The notes below the pieces were generated by a model. That model had not been told where the DNA came from. It saw nothing but the letters and a program-made list of their open reading frames with translations, and did no database searches. Of a DNA stretch of 64,000 nt, positions 46,574 through 56,249 are shown in pieces. Source of the DNA: Chitinophagales bacterium (GTDB lineage Bacteria; Bacteroidota; Bacteroidia; Chitinophagales; UBA8649); the NCBI GenBank assembly GCA_049890075.1, contig JBMHCE010000016.1, forward strand, positions 34,181-98,180. The letters are read 5' to 3'. Position 1 is the stretch's first letter. Every line of letters begins with the position of its first letter. A program made the position numbers and the translations under genes.

Positions 46574-47505
46574 GCTTTACCTTCCAGATCCTCTCTCCGT
46601 AGAACGTAAGTGCCTTGCACAGCACATGCTGCCTTGCCCGCGAGAAGGCAACGATGTAATATCTCATCAGTAGTCAAGGCATTTTTTGTAGCATCTATGA
46701 CCGCAGCAAACACTGAATCTCCTGCTCCGCATACATCAGTAATTGATTGAGAAAGTGCTGGTCGGTGAAGGAAGGTGTTCTCGCTATCCAAGGATGCTAT
46801 TCCATCTTCGGATAGCGTCACAATGAGTTGATCACATTGTAATTTACGTTTAGTCTGTTGCATGATCTCTTCTAGATGCTTCAAGTTTGATAACGCATTA
46901 ACATCCACTCGATTGGCCTCAGCCAATTCTTTTCGGTTAGGCTTGAACAGAGCAACCTCTTTATACTGCCAAAAATTATCTTTTTTAGGATCTACGACAA
47001 CGTCTACATTGGCCGCATTGGCTAAGGATAGCACGCCATTAATCAAATCAGCGGTCAAAAGCCCTTTGTTGTAATCTTGTAAGACGACTAGGTCTATACC
47101 CGATGACAAGCACTCCGTTACACCCTTGAGTATCTCATTGACCAGATGGTCCGCTATTGATGAGGCATCCTCTGAATCGATACGCATCTGATACATGCCG
47201 TCGCAAAAAACGCGTTGTTTATGCGTCGTAGGTCTCCCATCCGAATAATAGAAAAGGTTAAGGTTTTGATAAGAGGCTAACAAGGTTGATAAACGCTGAC
47301 CGGCCTCATCATTTCCCACTAGCCCAATCAAGGAAATTTCCCAACCTAAGCTTTGCAAGTTAAGGGCTACATTGGCCGCACCCCCGGCAACATAACTTGT
47401 GGAACTGTGAAGAAGTATTGGTGCATCGGCTTCTGGAGATTTCCTTGTGTTTTCTCCTTTCAGAAAACTATCCAAGATGATATCGCCAAGAACTAATGCG
47501 CGCAT
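46570..47505 (-). CDS. PfkB-family carbohydrate kinase (RfaE/HldE kinase-domain-like)
   Basis: GGAANVA motif near the N-terminus and DVCGAGD near the C-terminus. Confidence 0.8.
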   Translation of the reverse strand: MRALVLGDIILDSFLKGENTRKSPEADAPILLHSSTSYVAGGAANVALNLQSLGWEISLIGLVGNDEAGQRLSTLLASYQNLNLFYYSDGRPTTHKQRVFCDGMYQMRIDSEDASSIADHLVNEILKGVTECLSSGIDLVVLQDYNKGLLTADLINGVLSLANAANVDVVVDPKKDNFWQYKEVALFKPNRKELAEANRVDVNALSNLKHLEEIMQQTKRKLQCDQLIVTLSEDGIASLDSENTFLHRPALSQSITDVCGAGDSVFAAVIDATKNALTTDEILHRCLLAGKAACAVQGTYVLRREDLEGKA

Positions 47506-47506
47506 G

Positions 47507-48709
47507 TTAGCTAAAATACGGAGCCAAGCGACTTACCATTTTCTTAAGGTCATCTATAGACGCAGCATACGAGATACGCATTGCATTGGGCTCTCCAAAA
47601 CCTGACCCTCCAACTAACGCCACATCCAATTGATCTAACAATAACTCAGCAAGTCGATCACCCGAAGTAATCTCATTGCCGTTGATGGATTGACCAAGTG
47701 CCGCTTCAATATTGATAAACAAATAGAAAGCCCCATCAGGCTTTATGTAAGACCACCCATTAAATCCTCTCAGAGCATCTAGGAGATAATCTCTTCGTTG
47801 AACAAAAGCATCACGCATAGCCAAGGTTTCATCAAGAGGCCCGAGCAAGGCAGCTTCAGCGCCTTTTTGAGCCGCGGCAGAGGTGCCTGACGTAAACTGT
47901 CCCTGAAGTTTGCTACACGCTTTAACCACATCTTTTGGACCCGCTAAGTATCCGATACGCCATCCCGTCATGCAATAGCCTTTGGACATACCATTCACCA
48001 ATAAAACTTGATCTCGTATCGATTGATTTTTAGCAATACTCGCATGGGGCTTACCCGTAAAATTGATGTGCTCGTAGATTTCATCTGTAAGAACCCATAG
48101 CGAAGGATGTTTTTCAATGACCTTGGACAGGGCATCCAATTCTTCTTGCGTGTAGCACATTCCCGAAGGATTACTAGGACTGCTAAAGATGAGCATTTTA
48201 GCAACCTTACCAGATGCGGAAAGATCAATCAGTGTTTTTTCAAGTTGCTCTGGAGTAATCTTAAACTGCTGATCGATGCCTGTTGGCATGGGACAAACTT
48301 CCGCTCCCGCCATCTTGGCAATACCCGCGTAACTTACCCAATACGGCACAGGAAGTAAGACGACCTCTCCTGGATTAACGAGCGTTAGCACAGCATTGGC
48401 AATCGATTGCTTTGCGCCTGTCGATACGATAACCTCATCTGGACTGTAGGATAGATTATTCTGTGTATCCAGCTTATGGCACACTGCTTCTCTCAAACTA
48501 AGTAGACCAGGAACAGGAGTATATTTTGTAAATCCATCACGCAGTGCCTTAGCACCTGCTTCAACAATAAAATCAGGCGTTGGGAAGTCGGGCTCTCCTA
48601 AGGTTAGGTTGATCACCTCTTTACCTGCCTGGCGTTTTTCGCGCGCCATTTGAGCCATCTTAATAGTAGATGAAGTCGGAACGCGTTGAATAAGTTTGGA
48701 AAAAGTCAT
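47507..48709 (-). CDS. PLP-dependent aminotransferase, class I (aspartate aminotransferase-like)
   Basis: NPSNPSG, SKGYCMTGWRIGY (PLP lysine), and a C-terminal R in ..MRISYA. Confidence 0.88.
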   Translation of the reverse strand: MTFSKLIQRVPTSSTIKMAQMAREKRQAGKEVINLTLGEPDFPTPDFIVEAGAKALRDGFTKYTPVPGLLSLREAVCHKLDTQNNLSYSPDEVIVSTGAKQSIANAVLTLVNPGEVVLLPVPYWVSYAGIAKMAGAEVCPMPTGIDQQFKITPEQLEKTLIDLSASGKVAKMLIFSSPSNPSGMCYTQEELDALSKVIEKHPSLWVLTDEIYEHINFTGKPHASIAKNQSIRDQVLLVNGMSKGYCMTGWRIGYLAGPKDVVKACSKLQGQFTSGTSAAAQKGAEAALLGPLDETLAMRDAFVQRRDYLLDALRGFNGWSYIKPDGAFYLFINIEAALGQSINGNEITSGDRLAELLLDQLDVALVGGSGFGEPNAMRISYAASIDDLKKMVSRLAPYFS

Positions 48710-48729
48710 GGCTAGTGTTGAGAGTTGAT

Positions 48730-49098
48730 CTAAAGCGCTTCTTTAACTGAAGCCTTATATGCGCCATCATTAAAGGCAGCGACTATTTGAATCATTGAGT
48801 CCGGAGTTATGGATGCATTATCATAACGCACAAAAGCTGTTTGATTTTCGAAATCTACAACACAGTTACTTACTCCAGCGCACGACGCAAGTTTTTCTTC
48901 AATCGGCTTAGCACAACCCGAAGGACACATCATCCCTTCAATTGAGAGAACCAGGGAATCATTGGCGGCAACTTCTTCGTTAGGATTGTCTGCTTCACCA
49001 TTAGGGTTTGACGTATCACCCGATTCACCGGTGCAACATACAAGAAGAAATGATGCTGAAATCAGGAAGAAACAAAGGAAACTGGTAAATTTTTTCAT
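48730..49098 (-). CDS. heavy-metal-associated (HMA) domain lipoprotein
   Basis: Lipobox LLVCC and a ferredoxin-like HMA pattern LSIEGMMCPSGCAKPIEEKL...GV..V.V. Confidence 0.7.
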   Translation of the reverse strand: MKKFTSFLCFFLISASFLLVCCTGESGDTSNPNGEADNPNEEVAANDSLVLSIEGMMCPSGCAKPIEEKLASCAGVSNCVVDFENQTAFVRYDNASITPDSMIQIVAAFNDGAYKASVKEAL

Positions 49099-49138
49099 AA
49101 CGGTTTATTCGATAGCTGTTTGCTTCAAAAGTAGGTCA

Positions 49139-49837
49139 TTACCCTAAACCTTTTGAAAAACTATCGAAACCTTTTTCACATCCTGCAACCCATGTGCATA
49201 AGTCTTGACTAAAGTCAAGTTTAGCGCGATGTTCCACCGCACTCGCCCAATCTAAATCAACGTCTAGAAATTGAGCACAAAACAATCGATCTGGCAGGAT
49301 TTTATCCAAAATAAACATCTGCTCTTTTACCTGATTTGGTCGAGATAAATGATGACTCTCTTTACACCAAGAGAGTCGTTGGAGGTAAACATCAAGTGAT
49401 GGCACATCGCTAACATGGCGATTTAATCGATCGGCTAGCGTATTGTAGGACTGCGACAACACCTTACCCCAGTGAGAAGACGCATCCTTTTGATTTAAAA
49501 GCCAGCCATCAAGCATTAACTCAAGCCAAACATGAGCAATCGTATGGCAGCGCTTCCAACCTAAAGGCTCAGCATATTTCTGTACTTCCTCGGTTATTGA
49601 TACACAAGCCTTTTCGAAAACATCAAGCGTATGAAAGTGCTGATCTAGATGGATATGCCACTGAACCCCGATTAGCCAATCCTTTACAACAGAATCAACT
49701 ACAACGTTATCGCCATCGAGTTGTGAAGAATTATATACTCGAGTAAATTTTGGCCAAAGATCGGGAGCTATTACCCCATGTGCTGTGTAGGGTGAACAGG
49801 ATTCAGGAAGGGTAACTAGATGACTGTAGATATTCAT
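49139..49837 (-). CDS. hypothetical protein (possible HD-like / ACP-phosphodiesterase-like fold)
   Basis: 232 aa with no signal peptide. The only motif-like string is WHIHLDQHFH. The assignment is speculative. Confidence 0.5.
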   Translation of the reverse strand: MNIYSHLVTLPESCSPYTAHGVIAPDLWPKFTRVYNSSQLDGDNVVVDSVVKDWLIGVQWHIHLDQHFHTLDVFEKACVSITEEVQKYAEPLGWKRCHTIAHVWLELMLDGWLLNQKDASSHWGKVLSQSYNTLADRLNRHVSDVPSLDVYLQRLSWCKESHHLSRPNQVKEQMFILDKILPDRLFCAQFLDVDLDWASAVEHRAKLDFSQDLCTWVAGCEKGFDSFSKGLG

Positions 49838-49889
49838 GGTATAATCCGGTGCGAAAATATTTACCTTGCAGGAAAAAGGTGCAATAATT

Positions 49890-51182
49890 ATGCATAAAGA
49901 TGTTTTTCAAGAGTTGGAATGGCGTGGTATGATTCACAATCATATACCGGGTACCGCTGAACGATTAGCAGAAAAACCTACTAAGGTGTATATCGGGTTT
50001 GACCCAACCTCTGATTCCCTTCACGTGGGAAGCCTGGTACCCATCATGATTTTAGCCCATCTACAACAAGCTGGACATACTCCTGTTGCCCTTATTGGCG
50101 GTGCTACTGCCATGGTAGGTGACCCGTCGGGAAAGAGCAAGGAAAGAAACCTTCTTACGGCCAAAGAAATCCAATACAATATGTTTGGGATTCGCAAACA
50201 ACTCCAGCGATTTCTTGACTTTGAATCAGAAGACAATGCCGCCGTAATCGTCAACAATGCGGAATGGCTTGGAAAATTCAATGTATTAGACTTCATCCGA
50301 GATGTTGGCAAAATGGTTACAGTGAATACAATGATGGCCAAAGAATCGGTCAAAAAGCGGATTGAAACAGGAATATCCTTTACGGAATTCACGTATCAAC
50401 TCTTGCAGGGATACGACTTTCTGCATTTGTTTAAAACCATGGATTGCGAAATACAGGCCGGCGGATCTGACCAATGGGGAAACATCACCACGGGAACGGA
50501 AATGATTCGGAAGGAATTGGGGAAATCTGCCTATGCCTTTACTTGTCCCTTAGTGACCAAATCGGATGGTGGCAAATTCGGAAAAACAGAGCAAGGCAAC
50601 GTTTGGCTTGATCCTAAACGGACATCGCCTTATGCATTTTATCAATTCTGGTTAAACACAAGTGATGAAGATGCCATCAAGTATATCAAGCTGTTTACTA
50701 TGCTTGAGCGCAAAACCATCGAAGATTTGATTGCCGCACATCAACAGGAACCGCACCTTCGAGCACTACAAAAAGAACTCGCAGAAAACATAACAACAAT
50801 AGTACATGGCGAGGAGGGGCTCCAAAAAGCAGAGCGTGCGACCAAATTGTTATTCGGAAAGTCTGAACGAAGTGATCTTGATGCTTTTACAGCACAGGAG
50901 CTAAAACAAGTTTTTGATGGAATGCCTCAGTTTGAATTGACTACCGACATCCTAGAGGCTGGATTGCCAATGGACGAGATGCTCAGCAGTGCGACAGCAA
51001 TTTGTGAATCAAAATCTGATGCGAGGAGAGCGCTCAAAGAAAATTCTATCCAGGTCAATAAAAATCGTATACCCAAAGATTATACCTGTACTATGGAGGA
51101 TGTGATGTCAAATGGAATCATTCTCATTCAACGTGGTAAAAAGAAATATTTCTTGGTAACAGTGGTCAATACAACAGAATGA
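49890..51182 (+). CDS. tyrS: tyrosine--tRNA ligase
   Basis: HIGH-type DSLHVGSL, KMSKS-type KFGKT, and a C-terminal S4-like domain. I prefer the ATG at 49890. Confidence 0.93.
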   Translation: MHKDVFQELEWRGMIHNHIPGTAERLAEKPTKVYIGFDPTSDSLHVGSLVPIMILAHLQQAGHTPVALIGGATAMVGDPSGKSKERNLLTAKEIQYNMFGIRKQLQRFLDFESEDNAAVIVNNAEWLGKFNVLDFIRDVGKMVTVNTMMAKESVKKRIETGISFTEFTYQLLQGYDFLHLFKTMDCEIQAGGSDQWGNITTGTEMIRKELGKSAYAFTCPLVTKSDGGKFGKTEQGNVWLDPKRTSPYAFYQFWLNTSDEDAIKYIKLFTMLERKTIEDLIAAHQQEPHLRALQKELAENITTIVHGEEGLQKAERATKLLFGKSERSDLDAFTAQELKQVFDGMPQFELTTDILEAGLPMDEMLSSATAICESKSDARRALKENSIQVNKNRIPKDYTCTMEDVMSNGIILIQRGKKKYFLVTVVNTTE

Positions 51183-51215
51183 AACTGCGCTGGTAAGGAC
51201 CGACATTAGGCATTT

Positions 51216-51437
51216 CTAATACTCTTCTTCATCAAAGAAGAAATCATCCTTGGTAGGATAATCGGGCCAAATATCTTCTATGCTTTCGTAGACTTCATCG
51301 TCATCCTCTAATTCTTGTAGATTTTCTACCACCTCGACTGGTGCTCCAGTTCGAATGGCAAAATCAATAAGATCATCCTTTGACGCAGGCCAAGGTGCTT
51401 CTTCTAAATGCGTCGCTAGTTCCAATGTCCAAAACAT
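51216..51437 (-). CDS. small acidic protein, DUF2795-like
   Basis: 73 aa. The pattern ...WPASKDDLIDFAIRTGAPVEVVENLQEL.. resembles DUF2795. Acidic tail. Confidence 0.55.
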   Translation of the reverse strand: MFWTLELATHLEEAPWPASKDDLIDFAIRTGAPVEVVENLQELEDDDEVYESIEDIWPDYPTKDDFFFDEEEY

Positions 51438-51526
51438 ACGATGTGATTTCAGCCAAAAATAGGATTTCCAATGAATCCCACAAGTTTAGAATCCACACGA
51501 ATGTGAATATCTTATGTAAAAGACAG

Positions 51527-52072
51527 CTAGGCCTCCCATTTTCGCTCCCCTACTCCTTGTTCTTTAGCGAGTTGACGACTTAGAACAAAAAGATAATCAG
51601 ATAATCGATTGAGGTATTGTATGATAAAGGCCACTGAATCAAGGGAAGAATCAAGGGCAACAACACGGCGTTCTGCTCTGCGGCACACACTACGAGCCAC
51701 ATGACAGTATGCATTACTAAGGCTGCCACCAGGAAGTATGAAGTTTTTTAACGGAGGCAAGTCGTTGGTAAGATCATCTATGTCTTTTTCTAAACGCTCA
51801 ATCTCTATTGGATTTAGCTCTGGTAAAAACTCAGATGTTGGGTTATCCAATGAAGCAAGGTGACTACCGATACGAAAAAGATAATCTTGAACATTTATCA
51901 ATCTTTTGGCAGATGGATTATTGTGGCCCACATGTTCGATAACGACCGCTAAAACACTATTCAATTCGTCTACTGTGCCATAGGCCTCGACGCGCAGATC
52001 AGCCTTGGAGACTCGGCTTCCTCCGAATAAGCCTGTCTCACCTTTATCTCCTGTTTTTGTATAAATCTTCAT
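51527..52072 (-). CDS. ATP:cob(I)alamin adenosyltransferase, PduO type
   Basis: MKIYTKTGDKGETGLFGG.RVSK N-terminus and a helical bundle length of 181 aa. Confidence 0.88.
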   Translation of the reverse strand: MKIYTKTGDKGETGLFGGSRVSKADLRVEAYGTVDELNSVLAVVIEHVGHNNPSAKRLINVQDYLFRIGSHLASLDNPTSEFLPELNPIEIERLEKDIDDLTNDLPPLKNFILPGGSLSNAYCHVARSVCRRAERRVVALDSSLDSVAFIIQYLNRLSDYLFVLSRQLAKEQGVGERKWEA

Positions 52073-52079
52073 AACGACC

Positions 52080-52775
52080 TCATGGTTTTTTAGTCAAAAC
52101 TTCGTGGCGTTCAATTCGTCCGTCTTTCAGATGAATTATGCGTTGGGCATATTCAGCGATTTCCCGCTCGTGTGTAACAACAACAATCGTATTGCCTTTG
52201 GCGTTCACTTTCGTCAACATCTCCATGATTTCCTTTGCGGTAGTACTATCCAGATTTCCAGTGGGTTCATCGGCTAGGACAAGAGAGGGCTGATTGGCCA
52301 AAGCTCTTGCAATGGCAACACGCTGCCGTTGCCCTCCTGACAATTGGTTGGGTTTGTTTTTCATGCGATCTCCTAATCCCACCAACTCCAGCATCTCTTG
52401 AGCACGTGCCCTGCGTTGTCTGCTTGACATTCCGGCATAAACCAAGGGAAGAGCTACATTATCTAGACTTGACAACCTTGGCAAAAGATTAAAGCTTTGA
52501 AAAACGAAGCCTATTTCAGCATTTCGAATCTCTGAAAGCTGTCGGTCCCTCATAGACCCAACATCTTTCCCATTGAGTGCATACTGACCAGAGGTTGGGC
52601 TATCAAGACAACCTAAGATGTTCATCAAGGTAGACTTGCCGGAACCAGAAGGACCCATTAGCGCAACAAATTCATTTTGATAAATAGACAAATCCACACC
52701 ATCCAAGGCGTGAATATCTACTCCTCCAAGTCGGTACGATTTTCGAATGTCCTCAAGAACAATTAGAGCACTCAT
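52080..52775 (-). CDS. ABC transporter ATP-binding protein (MacB/LolD-like)
   Basis: GPSGSGKST, LSGGQRQRVAIARAL, LVLADEPTGNLD, VVVTHE. Confidence 0.9.
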   Translation of the reverse strand: MSALIVLEDIRKSYRLGGVDIHALDGVDLSIYQNEFVALMGPSGSGKSTLMNILGCLDSPTSGQYALNGKDVGSMRDRQLSEIRNAEIGFVFQSFNLLPRLSSLDNVALPLVYAGMSSRQRRARAQEMLELVGLGDRMKNKPNQLSGGQRQRVAIARALANQPSLVLADEPTGNLDSTTAKEIMEMLTKVNAKGNTIVVVTHEREIAEYAQRIIHLKDGRIERHEVLTKKP

Positions 52776-53065
52776 TGCCCTTTGATCACTTTGGGTACTT
52801 TGAAGTAAGTTCCATCATGACTAGGCGCACTTCGAAAGACATCTTTCTTTTCAAGGGTTGGCGCTGTTTCATCCGAGCGGAGTCGTCCTTGCACCTGATG
52901 AACTTGTGTCATTGGCTCGTCCTGGGATAGGTCGAGTTGATCCAACGTATCAACAAAACCAATCATACGCTCTAAGTCTTTGACTAGACGATCTTTTTCC
53001 TCCTTATCGAAACTAAGTTTTGCCAAGGATGCTAAACGCTCAACAAGCTTTACATCAACCTTCAT
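52772..53065 (-). CDS. gatC: Asp-tRNA(Asn)/Glu-tRNA(Gln) amidotransferase subunit C
   Basis: 97 aa with the GatC pattern (VERLASLAKLSFDKEEKDRLVKDL..I..FV..L). ATGA overlap with the downstream ABC gene. Confidence 0.85.
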   Translation of the reverse strand: MKVDVKLVERLASLAKLSFDKEEKDRLVKDLERMIGFVDTLDQLDLSQDEPMTQVHQVQGRLRSDETAPTLEKKDVFRSAPSHDGTYFKVPKVIKGQ

Positions 53066-53141
53066 TGTGCTAAAATAAGAGGGATTTATGGAAGATTGAT
53101 TTTATTCGTGGTATATCATATGAAATATTAACTTCGACAGT

Positions 53142-54149
53142 ATGAAAACGGTGCTTAGTGGAATGCGTGCGACAAGTCGTTTGCACTTAGGAAATTATTT
53201 TGGAGCAGCGGCCAATTGGTTGCGCATGCAAGAAGAATACAATTGCTATTTTTTTGTAGCTGATTTACATGCCCTGACAACCGACCACAATCCAACAGCA
53301 TTAAACCATCATACAAAGACCATTTTAGCCCATTATCTCGGCTTGGGTTTAGACCCCGATAAGTGCACCTTGTATATCCAAAGTGACGTGCCAGAAATCA
53401 TGGAACTCTATCTTGTACTCAACATGTTTGCCAATAAGGGAGAATTGGAAAAGACTGCATCATTTAAAGAAAAGGCGAGAAAAAAAGGCCAATCATTAAA
53501 TGCCGGTCTCCTCACCTACCCTGTGCTTATGGCGGCTGATATTCTTATTCACCGCGCTGACTTTGTTCCAGTCGGAAAGGATCAAGAACAACATCTTGAA
53601 ATGACAAGAACCTTTGGCAATCGCTTTAACCATGTTTACCAAACCGACCTTTTCCCAGAGCCTCAAGCCTTTGCCTACAGCGAAAGTCTCGTCAAAATTT
53701 TTGCTTTAGATGGCAGTGGACAAAAAATGAGCAAGTCGGATGACAACACAAACAACACCATCTTTCTCACAGATTCTGATGAAGAGATTCGAAAAAAACT
53801 TAAAAAGGCTAAGACTGATAGCGGTCCTCAGGAGATGAATAGCCCATTTTCGCAAGAGATCAAAGGGCTCTTCGAATTGATGGCGGGTGTCAGCAGCAAA
53901 GAAACGCTGCAAGCCTTCACAACAGACTATGCCAATTGCTCCATACGATATGGAGATTTCAAAGCCCAGTTAGCCACAGATGTTATTGACTTTATTGCGC
54001 CAAAACGAGAAGAGATTTTATCTTGGCAAAGCGATGAAGCCCGTATGAAGCGCATTGCGCAACTCGGAGCGGACAAAGCAAGGGAAAGTGCAAAACAAAC
54101 CTTGAGCACCATGCGCGATGTGATGGGAATGCATTACTTTAAAGATTAA
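53142..54149 (+). CDS. trpS: tryptophan--tRNA ligase
   Basis: SGMRATSRLHLGNY (HIGH region) and KMSKS present. Confidence 0.93.
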   Translation: MKTVLSGMRATSRLHLGNYFGAAANWLRMQEEYNCYFFVADLHALTTDHNPTALNHHTKTILAHYLGLGLDPDKCTLYIQSDVPEIMELYLVLNMFANKGELEKTASFKEKARKKGQSLNAGLLTYPVLMAADILIHRADFVPVGKDQEQHLEMTRTFGNRFNHVYQTDLFPEPQAFAYSESLVKIFALDGSGQKMSKSDDNTNNTIFLTDSDEEIRKKLKKAKTDSGPQEMNSPFSQEIKGLFELMAGVSSKETLQAFTTDYANCSIRYGDFKAQLATDVIDFIAPKREEILSWQSDEARMKRIAQLGADKARESAKQTLSTMRDVMGMHYFKD

Positions 54150-54157
54150 GAAAAACC

Positions 54158-54781
54158 ATGGATGTAAAACATATTGCTGTAAGCGGAAACATTGGTGCAG
54201 GCAAGACAACTTTAGTACAAAATCTTTCACACCACTTTGACTGGTCAGCCCAGTATGAGGAGGTGGAATCAAACCCCTATCTCGATGACTTTTACTCAGA
54301 TATGCATCGATGGGCATTCAATCTCCAAATCTTTTTCCTTCATCAACGATACAGCCAAATTCTCGAGATTCGAGAAGGAAACAAGACGATTATCCAAGAT
54401 CGCACGATCTATGAAGATGCGGCCATTTTCGCTCCGAATCTGCATAAAATGGGTCTCATGTCTACCCGTGACTATGAAAATTATAAGGCATTTTATAAGA
54501 CAGTAGAAGCGCAAATTCAGCCACCAGATCTGTTAATCTACATGAAGGCATCCATTCCGACGCTAGTCAACAATATCCAAAAGCGAGGAAGAGATTATGA
54601 AGAAAACCTTCGATTGGATTACCTCAAAAAACTCAATGAATTTTACGAAGAATGGATTGCTTCGTATGACAAAGGGCCCTTACTCGTTATAGATTGTGAC
54701 AACACGGACATTGTTGAGAATAAGGATGATATTTCTGATATATATAATCGAATCCAAGCCGAACTCAACGGACTTTTTTAA
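54158..54781 (+). CDS. deoxynucleoside kinase
   Basis: P-loop GNIGAGKTT and a dNK-family ERS/DR-like core (IIQDRTIYED). Confidence 0.85.
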   Translation: MDVKHIAVSGNIGAGKTTLVQNLSHHFDWSAQYEEVESNPYLDDFYSDMHRWAFNLQIFFLHQRYSQILEIREGNKTIIQDRTIYEDAAIFAPNLHKMGLMSTRDYENYKAFYKTVEAQIQPPDLLIYMKASIPTLVNNIQKRGRDYEENLRLDYLKKLNEFYEEWIASYDKGPLLVIDCDNTDIVENKDDISDIYNRIQAELNGLF

Positions 54782-54792
54782 TCCCAGGTTAT

Positions 54793-55335
54793 CTACGATT
54801 TCATTCCTTCTGTAAAACACGCACGACAGCGAGCTTCATAACTATCGGTTGATCCAAGCATCACTTGATTATCATCGCTATTTAGGCGATACGAATACGA
54901 AGCGTCTTGTCCGCACTGGATACAGACAGCCTTAAGTTTGCTTACCTGATTCGCTCGAGCCAATAGTAAAGGCATAAGACCAAAGGGAATACCAGCATAA
55001 TCCATATCTAAGCCAGATAAGATCACACGACGGCCTTGATTGGCTAGCTGTTCAAAGGCTTCGATAAACTCTTCGGAAAAAAATTGTACTTCGTCAATAC
55101 CTATAACATCTGCATCACCAACAACTTTATACAGCTCGGCCACACTAGAGATAGGGACAGAATCCATTCGATCCATATTATGAGTGACTACCTGTTCGTT
55201 ATCGTACCGTGTATCCTTACTTGCTTTTCCAAGAAATACCTTTTTTCCTCCAATTGTTGCCCGACGCATGCGACGAATCATTTCCTCTGTTTTCCCTGAA
55301 AACATTCCGCCACAAATAACTTCGATTGACCCCAT
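54793..55335 (-). CDS. tdk: thymidine kinase
   Basis: GGMFSGKTEE P-loop, IDEVQFF, and a C-terminal zinc ribbon C..CG...C..C. I prefer the ATG at 55335 over 55443. Confidence 0.9.
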   Translation of the reverse strand: MGSIEVICGGMFSGKTEEMIRRMRRATIGGKKVFLGKASKDTRYDNEQVVTHNMDRMDSVPISSVAELYKVVGDADVIGIDEVQFFSEEFIEAFEQLANQGRRVILSGLDMDYAGIPFGLMPLLLARANQVSKLKAVCIQCGQDASYSYRLNSDDNQVMLGSTDSYEARCRACFTEGMKS

Positions 55336-55392
55336 TTCCTTTACTTTTATCTTATCTTTTTGAAAAATACTGCTTAAATAACGTTCGGCACC

Positions 55393-56211
55393 ATGAAAAT
55401 TAGCAATATCAATGAGTTTAAACGAAGCTTTGAAAAACTTCAATGGTTATTTAAAACGTTTGAAGCACAAAACTTTGAGGATCTATCGCCTATGGAGCTT
55501 GACTTTTTTCGAGAGGTCTTAGGACGTCTAGCAAGCACTGTTGATGTATCAGACATAAAGGATGTGGACCAGTCTAATCCAGCTCTAAGCCCAAGCAGTC
55601 AAGAAGCTAGTCCCGCTGTACAAGAGACAGAAACTCCTATCGAGCCACCCAGCAAGGTCGATAGCTCATCAACCAAAGTAGAGGACACCCCAGAGACGAA
55701 TGAAGATCCAATGGCTGCTCAAAACATCCCCCAAAAAGAAGAAACGAAAGAGCCAGCAAATCCACAACCTAAAGAAGAAGTTAACCAACCAGCAATTGAT
55801 GAACCAGAGGATACAACGATTGCAAACAGTGACAACAACAAAGACAATGATGCTGTATCTGCTCCAGCCACGAAAAATGTCGTCGATCAGTTCTTTAATA
55901 ACTCTCCTTCGATTGCAGACCGTGCACAAAAAAATATTGACGATTCAACGACCCACCTATTGCGAAGAGGAGGGCATCTAAGCCTCAATAGCCTAATCGA
56001 CCTTAACCGTCGATTTCTGATAATAAATGATGTCTTTGGTAACAAACGAATGAATTTTGATAAGGAAATAGAATTCATTGATAATCTATCCGATTTGAAT
56101 AGTGCGATGAATCACTTGAATCAAAACGTCGTAAAGACATATAATGTCAATACCAGTACCAAGGGTTTTGAGATTTTAAAGAAGGTGATTACCCGCCGAT
56201 TTGAATCATGA
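55393..56211 (+). CDS. hypothetical protein with a central P/E/T-rich acidic linker
   Basis: 272 aa with a structured-looking N-terminus (~55 aa) and C-terminus (~95 aa), separated by a low-complexity acidic region. No motif recognised. Confidence 0.55.
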   Translation: MKISNINEFKRSFEKLQWLFKTFEAQNFEDLSPMELDFFREVLGRLASTVDVSDIKDVDQSNPALSPSSQEASPAVQETETPIEPPSKVDSSSTKVEDTPETNEDPMAAQNIPQKEETKEPANPQPKEEVNQPAIDEPEDTTIANSDNNKDNDAVSAPATKNVVDQFFNNSPSIADRAQKNIDDSTTHLLRRGGHLSLNSLIDLNRRFLIINDVFGNKRMNFDKEIEFIDNLSDLNSAMNHLNQNVVKTYNVNTSTKGFEILKKVITRRFES

Positions 56212-56249
56212 TATGACCATGTATTACTTGGACCATTAAATCATAACGT

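Noticed and set aside
54158-55335. The convergent deoxynucleoside kinase and thymidine kinase could be a nucleotide-based defence or counter-defence pair.
   Set aside because: Both are standard salvage enzymes with canonical motifs, in a housekeeping context beside trpS. Nothing suggests an accessory origin.
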